Assembly (NCBI RefSeq): GCF_006345805.1
Contig: NC_042997.1
Location: 4,154,001 to 4,218,000 of the forward strand
Length of the DNA: 64,000 nucleotides
DNA from: Octopus sinensis
Taxonomy: Eukaryota
Reading direction: 5' to 3'
Shown here piece after piece: positions 1-11,699 of this stretch. Both the position numbers and the translations under genes were made by a program. Position 1 is the first letter of the stretch; the number at the start of each line of letters is the position of its first letter. Below the pieces are notes generated by a model, which saw only the letters and a list, made by a program, of their open reading frames with translations, did no database searches and was not told the origin of the DNA.

Positions 1-728
1 TACAACTTATAAATAAGGGCAAATGACAAAATTTATAATGCCAAATGTTCCGAAAAATTGAACATATTGTCCATTACCATATAATTTTCCACAATACCCA
101 CGCTACTCAAAAAAAGGCTGACAGAAATTTGTAAAAAATGCCATTATTACCATATCGGACCGATTTCAGAGTTAATTCCTAAGAACCCTCCCTTCGTCAG
201 TGATAAATGTGGCAAAGAAATAAATGAGATACTTACTCATATCTATGGAAGAAGCAAAACACTAAGTCATGAGCACAATTAAGTACCCCAAAAACATCCG
301 AAATAGAAATACTCCAGCCCATTCAAGACACGTGCAATTTGAACTGAGGCTCTGAGAGAATGAGAGAGTCCGGAAGTGAACACTTAAATTTATATTTCTT
401 CCATGGGTATGAGTAAGTATCTCATTTATTTCTTTGCCATATTTATCACTGACGAAGGGAGGGTTCTTACGAACTAACCCTGAAATCGGTGCGATATGGT
501 AATAATGGCATTTTTTAGAAATTTCTGTCGGCTTTTTTTAGGGTAGCATGCCAATTGTGAAAAATTATATGGTAATGGACGATATGTCCAATTTTTCGGT
601 ATATTTGGCATTAGAAATTTTTTCATTTGCCCTTCTTTATAAGTTGTTTATAATTGTAACCTTTAAAGGTATTTTTTAACATGCTGGCAATTGATAAAAT
701 TTTTTTGCAAAAATATTTTATCCCACAT

Positions 729-730
<2 letters not shown>
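1..730. repeat. Foldback (palindromic) element, copy A, built from a ~476-bp module
   Basis: 1-~395 is the module in reverse orientation and ~396-730 is the module forward. 1-262 is the reverse complement of ~396-650. It ends in (TA)n. Same family as 27657-28754. Confidence 0.8.
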
Positions 731-768
<38 letters not shown>

Positions 769-890
769 TACCTCACATAAATATATATGTGTACATAGAT
801 ATATACGAATACATATATGAATATGTATGTAGTTGTATTCATGAACATTTCAATATCAATATTTATATATTGTATATATTTATGGATATA

Positions 891-1262
891 CAGGGTGTCC
901 TTAAAGTTACTATACAGTTATTTGTATTAAAGAAATATGGTTAGACTGAAACGATTTTCACAACATTGATGTATTGCTTCAGAAAATATCGTAACAATAT
1001 AGGCAAGCAAATTCATTCACTATATTTATTATAAATGTTAAAACTGTAAGCTGTTAGCTTCAATGCATTCTCGACAACGTGAAAACATACTGTGACACAT
1101 TTTGGTAAGCAAGTCTGGATCACGATTAGCAAATGCATCATTAAGGAACAGTTGAAGGTCTTCAATACTTCTTGGCTTCCTCTGACTAATAATATTGGTT
1201 TCCTTGGATTACAAACTGTTTGTAAAATTGAGATCTGCGATTAGGATCATTCTCCAGAAGTT
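891..1262 (-). mobile_element. Tc1/mariner-superfamily relic (transposase C-terminus plus one TIR)
   Basis: TA followed by CAGGGTGTCC terminus at 891. The minus strand reads RKPRSIEDLQLFLNDAFANRDPDLLTKMCHSMFSRCRECIEAN, a typical Tc1/mariner C-terminal pattern. Confidence 0.65.
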
Positions 1263-1559
1263 CGTGAGTTATGTGAGTAATACAAGGTTTCAATTTGAGT
1301 CTTGTAAGTACGTTATATAGTAATTTTCATTTGATACCAATTTCGGAATTACCACGGCGAGCTGATTTCTTTTGGCTTCTTACATATGCCTCAGCAACCC
1401 TATCATGTTATTGTTTTCAACCTAACTGTAAAGTTACTTTATGTAATTACTGTATATATGAATGTATAGTTACTGTATATATGAATAGCTTTCATTAGAT
1501 TTATCCATATATATAAAGGACGGAAATGAAAGTACGCAGCAAAGTAAAGATACAATTAA

Positions 1560-1960
1560 ATAGGAACGAATACGGGAAAATATCAGGCAAAGAAATCTAT
1601 AGATTGCCACTGTATTCTATTCGCAAGGATTAAAATGCAAAAGTCAAAACTCTTGTAATGCTATTCCCTTGTAATGATAATCTCTTGTAAGGCTATCATT
1701 GCAGTGTTGCAGTACCTGGGGCTCTGTCTTGACGGTAACATTTTTATCTTTGTCAATATGCTACTCTTAGTGAATGTTTTAGTGCCAAACTTGGGTTTTC
1801 CATATGTAGATACTGCACATATATCTAGTCATCGTTCTATGGAGAAGAGTCTTAAATGTTTCAGCCTTTCCCAGTTGCTTACCTGTCGCATTAAGACGAT
1901 ATTCTTTGCGTAGCTTCACGGGACTGCTTTGATTTCCGTGTGGTGATCAAAGATGGGAGC
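1560..1960 (-). mobile_element. CR1/L2-group LINE ORF2 3' relic
   Basis: The minus strand reads NWERLKHLRLFSIER...PKFG, matching the ORF2 C-terminal WERLxxLxLYSLERR motif. Homologous to 60700-60880. Confidence 0.6.
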
Positions 1961-3349
1961 AGTAGACTGAGCAGGCGAGAACGAATTTTCTCTTGAAAAC
2001 CATCATAGTTTCTAGTTTTCACATCTCGTTAGAGCTTAGCAGTTAGCAAAAAAGGAAAAGCAAACACAATATCCCTCAATAGATGCAAGTATTATAAAAC
2101 AAATTGAAGAAATATCCACTAAATTATGACTGGGATATAACGGGTTACAGGAAGTACCTGCCCCCAGCTTCACGATAAAAATGTAAGTAAATATATGAAA
2201 TTAAAATAATGTTCAAATCATAATGTTAAGATAATAGTTTAAATGAAAAATTAACAATATATATTACAAGATTTTATTAGTAAAATTTAATTTGTTTTAT
2301 AGTATTAACATCATAGAGGTTCACCTATGCAGATTATTCCTACCAGGAGATTCCAAATACTTATGTTCATTTTTGATATTATTCATATCTAATTTACGTT
2401 TCATTTCATAAATAGCTAAACAATTTCTTTGATTGAAATACTTACTTTCTATTTCCTATTTCTTTGATTAAAATGCTATAGAAGTTAACCTTTCAGATGC
2501 TGGAAGTTAATTACAATATGATTTGCCCTCAGGGATCAGGGATGCCTGCTCGATGCCTCTAGCATTTATTTGATAAACTATTTCTTGCTATATATCATAT
2601 TTTGGGGGTTTGGATTAAATATGTATAACTAAATTAAAACTAGAAATACACAATTTATTCTGAATTCGCAATCAATCTTATATTAACGCTCAGATATTTA
2701 GAAATAATTCTTATAATTTTTAGAAAGTTTTCATTATATCATTATGTGTACACCTGAAGAATAGGAATAACTGTTCGTAAAACTTGAAATGGAAACATGA
2801 ACATTTACAATCCTGTGAAAAAGACGCTTATGTACAGAATACCAGTACATATGTCAGTGAACAGAAATGGGATTGCGAACTCAGAGAAGTAAAACGTGAG
2901 GCATGCATAATTTTATATTCGTATTTATCTTTTTTTTTATTTGTAAGTGTGCCATTACAAATAATATCTTATTTTAAAGGATGTTACAGATTCAGTCACA
3001 ACACTGGAACAATCTGAAGCTTTACTTAGCATCGCAATGATGTTATATTCAACCCTTTATAGCAATAACATTTAAAATATCTACACCTAAATGATCAACG
3101 AAGTAGATAAACTAAGAGCAGAATTTTAAGCAGATTTTAAAGCAGAATGTTATATACTATTTCCTTATTTCTTAATAAACCATTATTCTATGTACTGAGT
3201 GTAAACATATAGAACCAAAAAAGAAACAGACATGTGCGCAATCATGCATTTTCAAACAGCATATGAAAAGCAGTCGTAGTTAAATCCATATATCGAAAAA
3301 ATACTTAAGATTTTATCTTCGAAATTATGTACAGATAACAGCAAATTTA

Positions 3350-4611
3350 TTAGATTGTCAGGAAAGGTCTTGCAGATTTTCAAATTTTGGTTTTAAATGA
3401 TATATTTTCAAGTGTATTGTTGCTAAATAATTTGATTTTATATATTATTTTAAAGCCTGGTTTTAGCTCTATCAAAACGTGTTACTCCTTGTCTTTTTGA
3501 ATAATCAGGCCATGTTTTCGGAACGTTGAATACAACATGGACAAAAACGAAATTCGCACACTTTTATTATTCCAGTACAACCTATGCCGAAAATCTGCTG
3601 ACAAAGCTCGCGATATCAATGATGCATTTAGCCCAGGAACCACTACTGAACGTGCAGCACAATGGTGGCTCAAGAAATTCCGTAGCGGTGACGAGAGTAT
3701 TGAAGATAATAAGCATCCGCCATCAGATGTTGACAACTAAGAGCCTTAGCCGAAACCAATCCACGCGCAACTCTTCGAGAGCTTGCTTCTGAATTAGAAG
3801 TAAGGTTACGACAATTTCCAACCACTTGAAAGAGATTGCAAAAACAAAAATACTTGAGAAATCAGTGCCGCACGCATTGAACGACAACCCCGAAAACGCC
3901 GTTTTTAAGTGTCCTCTTCCCTACTTCTACGCAAAAAGAACGACCCGTTTCTCGATCGGATTGTGACTTGCGATGAAAAGTGGATTCTTTACGACAACCG
4001 GCGACGCTCAGTTCAGTGGTTGGACGCAGACGAATCTCCACAGCACTTCTCGAAGCCAGAGTTGCACTAAAAGAAGGTCATGGTGACTGTTTGCTGATCT
4101 GCGGCCGGTCTCATCCACCACAGCTTTTTGGTTCCGGGCGAAATCATTACGACGGTGAAGTCAGCAAATGGATGAAATGCATAAGAAACTCCGACAACAA
4201 GAGCTAGCATTGGTCAATAGAAAAAGGACCAATTCTTCTCTACGACAACTCTCGGCCGCACGTCGCACAACTGACCCCACGGAATTTGAAGAAATTGGGC
4301 TACGAAACTACTTCATCCGCCATACTCACCAGACCTCTCGCCTTCCAACTACCACTTTTTTAAGCATCTCTACAACTTCCTGCGTGAGAAATACTTCAAA
4401 CACGAAGACGATACCAAACGCGCCTTCAACGACTTCATCATCACCAGGACGCAGGATTTTTCTGCTACTATCATAAATAAACTTGGTTTGCGATGGCAAA
4501 GTGTTTTGATTATGAGGGTGTTTATTTCGATTAAGAAAGTTTTGTTTGAGCCGAGATATGTGCATCTGAACTTAAAGGTTAAAAAACGCAAGAACTTTCT
4601 TAACAACCTAA
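3350..4611 (+). mobile_element. Full-length but inactivated mariner (DD34D-type) transposon
   Basis: Inverted termini TTAGATTGTCAGGAAAGGTCTTGC (3350) and GCAAGAACTTTCTTAACAACCTAA (4611), flanked by TA on both sides. Peptide pieces MDKNEIR...QWWLKKFRSGDES, RIVTCDEKWILYDN, LLYDNSRPH, YSPDLSPSNYHFF, with stops and frameshifts. Confidence 0.93.
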
Positions 4612-4829
4612 TATTATAAATGGAAATAGAAGATTTATGATTATGTCGCTTCTGGTTATATACTTCTATCAAAACATATTCAAACAAATTATATCGTATC
4701 TTGAATGATACAACAATGCAGAGTGGACTATAATAACTGTTATAATTTAATTATCCATAGTCTGATATACTGATATTTCAGAATACATAGATTCCTTCTT
4801 CATATATCGTTAGAAATTGATCGAGTTAC

Positions 4830-6475
4830 TGCTATAATCGGTTTTCCTACGGTTGCTCATTTTTTCTTCCTGGAAGCGTCTCTGCAGAGGTCTCATGCAG
4901 TTCCTTCCGGAATTCCGCATGAGAAGTACGTGAGGGAGGCAATGTCTCCAGCTCGGGGGTTTGGGCACATCCGCAGCGCTGATTCTAGTTTATGGATCAT
5001 ACGTGTAGTTACATGTTTTCCTTATACATATATATATATTACATGGGCATGCTATCAAAAATGAACCTACACACATCCAGATGTAGTTAAATAATATACT
5101 GATTGCCACCAGTAGCCTATTGTTAATTTGGGGCCCTAGTCTGTCCATGAGGATAGATTTCTTAATTATTAGACTACCCAATTTTCTTTTATTGGCCTCA
5201 ATTGTGACCGGTATGCTTTTATCGGTGTTCCGGTATCTGTCTAGGTGTTTTCTGAAGGAGGAGGCTCTCGTGATCAGATGTTTTTGATGCGAATGTGTAA
5301 CGGTCTTGTTGTGCTACCCACATATAACTTGTTGCGTTTCTTACATTATATTCTCTACACAACATTTACCCGTTGGTCATGAACCTTTGTCACGGATGGA
5401 GCAGTTAGCTAGTGTGCATTGATTGCTGTCCCATGCTCGTTTCTTTGATAGGTCTTCTCAGAGAGGGATCGGAGTGTGCTAGTTGCATGCCTAATCCGTT
5501 CCTTCTTTTGGCTTTTCAAATGGCTCTAGGTATCCTCTCGCTAAAATGGAGTATTTTAACGAATCATGTGTTACTGAGTTTCCTGCGTGTTCGGCGTGTT
5601 TGTCATCTTGGGTACTTCAAGCGATTTACAATTGCTTTTCAGTATCTCTGGTAGCGTGTGGCATGGATCTTATTTTGGTACCGGGTGGAAGGGCTGAACT
5701 CTACTGTACAAACATATATCTACTGGCCCCTTTCCTGTAGACCTCGGCGTTGATCCCCCTTTTCTCCGTTATTTTTAGATGTATGTCGAGTAACGATAGG
5801 TACCCAATGTGTTGGGATGATCTATAGTGAAACGTATGATCATGTGCATGCTGTTGATCGTCGTGAATATTCTGTCTGCCTCTTCACGAGAAGGTGTGAG
5901 TATGAGGATGCCATCTACATACATGGTGAAGAAGGTGCATGAGCGGCAGATGTTGAGTGCTCGATGTTCCAGATAGTTCATATAGGTGATGGCTAGTACA
6001 CACGAAAGACTGGATCCCATGGGGGAGATCTTTTGTCTGTTTGTACATGTGATCATGGAAAGAGATTAAGCGTTTTCATGATGATGGACTAGAGTTAATA
6101 TATATCAGCGTCGGCGAGTCCGAAGCAGTGGATGTTGGACGCTACTATGCAGTCAATCAATAGGCTTACAACCGAGTGTGTTGCAGCCGTTGTGTACATT
6201 GAGACAGCTTTAAGATTAAAGGCATATCTGTTTTGCCTGAGTGGGTGTGGGGCAGTTGGCGCAATCTTTTGATGACTTCCTGGAGTTCTTGACATGTCCA
6301 CGAAAGGTGGAGTGTCTGGGTTTCAAAACGTGAGAAAGTATCCACGATATTTTATATAGAGGCCCTTTTTACGCTGGAGACAATGGCTCTAATCTGGATC
6401 GTGTTGCTATCCTCATGTTTTTAATGAGGTGAAAGAATCTTGGTAATCTACTGTTCTTTTTGATTTGCCTCCAGA
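4830..6475 (-). mobile_element. Penelope-like element relic (RT plus GIY-YIG)
   Basis: ORF 5775-6056 has PMGSSLSCVLAITYM...MYVDGILIL...IRFTIDHP (PLE RT motifs). Near 5300 the minus strand reads LYVGSTTRPLHIRIKKHL (GIY-YIG). Confidence 0.85.
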
Positions 6476-7745
6476 TATGTATTCACGTAAATATATACAC
6501 ATTTTGTTTCTGAATGGATAGAAAATTATAACATGTGGAAGGAAAGGATTTCTGAATACAGAAATGAATAAATTTCACACATAGTGCACCAAAAAATAAA
6601 ATAAATGATCTACTCAGTATCTCTATCTAACACATAAATGTACTTTATTTTCAATTACCATATTAGTTCATCAAGTAAAACCATCCAGAGGGTACATGAG
6701 TCAATAACAGAACAATCCCAAAACAATATATCTTGAAAAAATAATTCTTAGTTATTCTGCCCTTAAACACAAAAAAAAATTATATTAGATATCTCTGCTT
6801 AAGCCGATAGTATATCATATATCTATAGAGTATGTTAGGGCTCTGGTTATATTAAGAACGAAATAAAAATATTGAAATGTCTAACGTAAAATATTAAAAA
6901 TAATTATATATATATATATATTATATATATATATTATATATATATATATATACGTACATACGTACATATCTGTGTGTGTGTCTGTGCGTGTGTAACAGTT
7001 CAATTTATCTTTAAACATAGCATGGTTTATAATAATAGTTTATTAGAAGTCTTATTTCTTATTTAATGAAATTGAAGTGTACGTGTAGTGTTTTATTAAC
7101 TTTCAAGTGATGAAATGTATTTCACTCATAAAAATATTAGTCAATTTCAATCGAGTTTTGTCTTTGGAAAAATAGTGTAGGCTTGAACTTTCCTTATTTA
7201 TGAAAGACCGGTGGGATTGTAATTTTAAAGATTGATCCTAGTTTATGATATAGTTTAGTTATTGCAGTTTACCTTTAATACCAATACAATGTAAATTGCT
7301 TTATAAGACTCTTATAGATTTGTTATTGTAGTTAATCCTGCCTATATATTCAATGATTGAAATAATGTGGTTATTAAGCTTTTAGTTTTATATTACCCTA
7401 CGGAAGACAGTAGGGATTATAATTTTGTATGGCCTAATAGAATTGTTGCTGTTTAGTTACTATTTAGGAGTGGTCGCAGGTAAAAGTATTTGAAAGTTGT
7501 GGTCTCTTTGGTTTGGTTTCTCCCAAACAACACGTAATTTAGTGCTGTTGACACCTCCAGATTGAATGGTACTGCCCAGGTGTCGAAAAGATAATGATAT
7601 CCCTGGGGCAGCTGATGATGGAGAAATTTTGGATTGTTTGTTATGGCTGTGAAATATTATAGCACATCCGTTTGATATATATATATATGTATATATATAT
7701 ATGTATATATATATATATGTATATATATATGTATATGTATATATA

Positions 7746-7831
<86 letters not shown>

Positions 7832-8293
7832 CGTTCTTTCTTTCTTACCTGTCTGTGTTTGCCTTTCAAGTGGTGTGTTTTTACTGAGATCCCTCTTTTA
7901 GTAGAAGGAATAGCTATATCTCTTTGACTGCTATTTCTAAATTCGGTGTGTTGGTGAGGCAATTCGTTGCTAAACCCTTAATTACTTAGTATTACTTAAA
8001 TTTTCCTCGAATGGGGCTTTTACATGCCGAAATCTACTTGGTGTAATTGATAATTATTCCAAATTAATTAATTTCACCCTTTATTGCTACTGATAACCAT
8101 ATTTTATCCCAGTAAATGACCACAGCATTTTGTCTTGGCTACACGCGGGTGGAAGGGGGCTGGTGACACAAACTTTCATTCACAATTTGAATTTCGTGGT
8201 ACTGGTCATGCTTTGGCTCGCTCTGACACTGAGTTGAGATAATGCCTTCTAGTATCTCAAAATTTAATATACAATTATTCATAATTGTAGTAT

Positions 8294-8385
8294 CCTGCGC
8301 CGATGAGAAAAGAAGTTTGGGTAAGGTAGAATTTTCTAATTATTATGCTTTCCTAAAACTTTATTTCGAAACGTACGTCCGTAGG
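8294..8385 (+). ncRNA. Predicted type I hammerhead ribozyme, copy 1 (CCGAUGA core, long stem II)
   Basis: Stem I CCUGCG(8294-99)/CGUAGG(8380-85). Core CCGAUGA 8300-06. Long imperfect stem II from 8307 to 8367, closed by G-C. GAAA 8368-71. Stem III A-CG-ua-CG-U. GUC cleavage triplet ending at C8379. Confidence 0.75.
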
Positions 8386-8880
8386 TAACTTAAAATTGTA
8401 TGATAGATTGCCGTCATTTCATTCTTTCTTTCTTACCTGTCTGTGTTTGCCTTTCAAGTGCTGTGTTTTTACTGAGATCCCCCTTTTAGTAGAAGGAATA
8501 GCTATATCTTTTTGACTGCTATTTCTAAATTTGGTGTGTTGGTGAGGCAATTCGTTGTTAAACCCTTAATTACTTAGTATTACTTACATTTTCCTCGAAT
8601 GGGGCTTTTACATGCCGAAATCTACTTGGTGTAATTGATAATTATTCCAAATTAATTAATTTCACCTTTATTGCTACTGATAACCATATTTTATCCCAGT
8701 AAATGACCACAGCATTTTGTCTTGGCTACACGCGGGTGGAAGGGGGCTGGTGACACAAACTTCCATTCACACTTTGAATTTCGTGGTACTGGTCATGCTT
8801 TGGCTCGCTCTGACACTGAGTTGAGATAATGCCTTCTAGTATCTCAAAATTTAATATACAATTATTCATAATTGTAGTAT

Positions 8881-8972
8881 CCTGCGCCGATGAGAAAAGA
8901 AGTTTGGGTAAGGTAGAATTTTCTAATTCTTATGCTTTCCTAAAACTTTATTTCGAAACGTACGTCCGTAGG
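8881..8972 (+). ncRNA. Predicted type I hammerhead ribozyme, copy 2
   Basis: Identical to copy 1 except for one base near the stem II loop. Predicted cleavage after C8966, 587 nt from the first site. Confidence 0.75.
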
Positions 8973-9163
8973 TAACTTAAAATTGTATGATAGATTGCCG
9001 TCATTTCATTCTTTCTTTCTTACCTGTCTGTGTTTGCCTTTCAAGTGCTGTGTTTTTACTGAGATCCCCCTTTTAGTAGAAGGAATAGCTATATCTCTTT
9101 GACTGCTATTTCTAAATTCGGTGTGTTGGTGAGGCAATTCGTTGCTAAACCCTTAATTACTTA

Positions 9164-9250
<87 letters not shown>

Positions 9251-9260
9251 TGTGTGTTTG

Positions 9261-9458
9261 TGTTTGTCCCCCTAGCATTGCTTGACAACCGATGCTGGTG
9301 CGTTTACGTCCACGTCACTTAGCGGTTCGGCAAAAGAGACCGATAGTATAAGTACTGGGCTTACAAAGAATAAGTCCCGGGGTCGATTTCCTCGACTAAA
9401 GGTGGTGCTCCAGCATGGCCGCAGTCAAATGACTGAAACAAGTAAAAGAGTAAAAGAG
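9261..9458 (+). mobile_element. 3' half of a tRNA-derived SINE (family B)
   Basis: Closely matches the reverse complement of 50597-50810, including the AAAAGAGT tail. The tRNA-like head is missing. Confidence 0.85.
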
Positions 9459-9459
9459 T

Positions 9460-9510
<51 letters not shown>

Positions 9511-10649
9511 GTGTGTGTTTGTGTGTATACATACATATAAGATTGTGGAACAACAATGTACAGATATTTACTGGAAATAGCAGCAGCCGATAATATACGA
9601 CGCTATAATAAAAGTTATCGAGCAGCGAGCATAGAAGATTTTATCTTATGTGTAGGAAGAACATTAAAGAAATGTACAAACCAGATGTGGATAATATAGG
9701 ACCTAGGTTTCGAACTTTCCAATATACGTTTGTTGACGTAAATTTGGTTAGTTTTCATCAGGTAGATTTACCTGGATAACATCTCAAATGTCGCTACATA
9801 CAATAACAGTATATACCATTAACGCCTAACCGTCAACAGATCGAAAACCGTGATATGGTTTTCGAAGAGAAAATTATTAAATAGTGCAATACCATAGTAT
9901 TCCTTCCCAGTAAAACAAAGCATCATCACGGTAAAGTATCGATAAGAAAGTGGTACAAAAATGCACCAATATTTACTCTGCTTTACTGGGAAGTATATAT
10001 ATGTATGTGTGTGTGGGTTGTAGGTGTATGTGGGGGGATATATATATATAAATATAAGTAATAATATATATGCTTTATATTAAATCTCTGACCGAGAGAT
10101 AAACAGTAACAGTACAGAATCATTAAACATATTTGCCAAATAATTCTGGCTGACCTATAAGGGAAGATGTTACAGTTGATTTTAGCGTGACGAAGGCATC
10201 CTTCAGTCTGTGTTCGATTAGTATTTGAGAAGGAGGTCATCGCTAGATTTAGTTGGCAAATATATTTCATGATTCCGTATTGCTACAGTTTATTTCTCAC
10301 TCAGAGATTTACTATATGTTATGTCTCTCTTTAGAAGATCAGTGTTAGTGTGTTACTGGAAAAAGCATATAGTATTTTGCGAGTGGAATGTGTTCTTCAT
10401 CATTAGCCAGTGGTTCACACACGCTGAAGACGTTTAACTACCACAAACCCGGGCCTCTGGTATCGCAAAAGTTTAGAGAAGTGAACGATGATCTCCTTCG
10501 CTAATATCAATCGGACACAGACTGTGTTCTTGGCCAGGTGGTGGTGAAACCTTCTTGGGTCTAAAAGGAACACTAACATCGTCATCTAAAGGGCCGCCAC
10601 ATTTAGCTGGCATACATACATATATAATACATACGTACATAATATATAC

Positions 10650-10704
<55 letters not shown>

Positions 10705-10819
10705 ATATATATTATATATATATATAAATCAACAATTGAGGGTAAAATTAATTAATTAGTCAATCTCACCAAGTGTTCAGTATGTAAAAGGACCATTTAA
10801 GGCGAATTCAAAATATTAC

Positions 10820-11592
10820 ATTATATAATTAGGGCTTAGTAAAATAAGTTACTTTGCCACATACTGAACTTAGTAGAAATAGCAGCCCAAAAAAATTTTT
10901 TGTTAGCATTTCTACTACTTAAAGAAACTTTCTCTCAGATAATGTTTACTCCAGACAGCTCACGAAGGTTTGGGGGTAAATACAGAAACATATCACAAGT
11001 ACATAGATCGTTTGAGTACGTCAACGTTTCAAGATTAGCCAAATAAAATCAGCATTTCTTTCGTCAGCTCAACATTTCTTAATTTGGATTTGGAAACACT
11101 AAAAAGAGGGAACTTTATCTATCAGAGAACTTGTCGCTTCAGATGAACCACTCCAACTAAACAGTGTCAACAAATTCAAAATGCGCAGGCGTAAAATTCT
11201 GCACTCCCCATTCCACCCACGTGGTCTATCTAGCAAACATTATATTTTAACCGCGAGAACCGAGGCAGTATGACCGACAAGTTCGCTGATAGATAAAGTT
11301 CCCTCTTTTTAGTGTTTCCAAATCCAAATTAAGAAATGTTGAGCTGACGAAAGAAATGCTGATTTTATTTGGCTAATCTTGAAACGTTGACGTACTCAAA
11401 CGATCTATGTACTTGTGATATTTTTCTGTATTTACCCCCAAACCTTCGTGAGCTGTCTGGAGTAAACATTATCTGAGAGAAATTTTCTTTAAGTAGTAGA
11501 AATGCTAAGAAAAAAATTGTTTTTGGCTGCTATTTCTACTAAGTTCAGTATGTGGCAAAGTAATTTATTTTACTAAGCCCTAATTATATAAT
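10820..11592. mobile_element. MITE/foldback element with ~317-bp inverted arms
   Basis: 10820-11136 is the reverse complement of 11275-11592 with few mismatches. 138-bp spacer. Ends TAATTA-GGGC...GCCC-TAATTA. Confidence 0.85.
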
Positions 11593-11625
<33 letters not shown>

Positions 11626-11699
11626 CGTAGTATGAGAAAAGGAGGAATTTCAATTATCCCCACATGGTGAGTTGTAATATATAAAAGAAATTAAAAAAG

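Larger units (their letters stand above)
7829..9166 (+). repeat. Tandem array of a 587-588-bp non-coding unit (~2.3 copies), retrozyme-like
   Basis: The anchor ACCTGTCTGTG recurs at 7847, 8435 and 9022. About 10 differences between the two full units. No ORF of 60 aa or more lies within it. Flanked by (TA)n on both sides. Confidence 0.95.

Noticed and set aside
7606-7632. CTGATGA...GAAA resembling a hammerhead core
   Set aside because: No credible stem II or III and no NUH plus stem I complement.
7657-7962. Numerous ORFs rich in YI/IY, HT, CV, poly-S/F/L/N/E throughout the track
   Set aside because: They are translations of (TA)n, (CA)n, (TTC)n and (AAT)n microsatellites, which lack stops in some frames.
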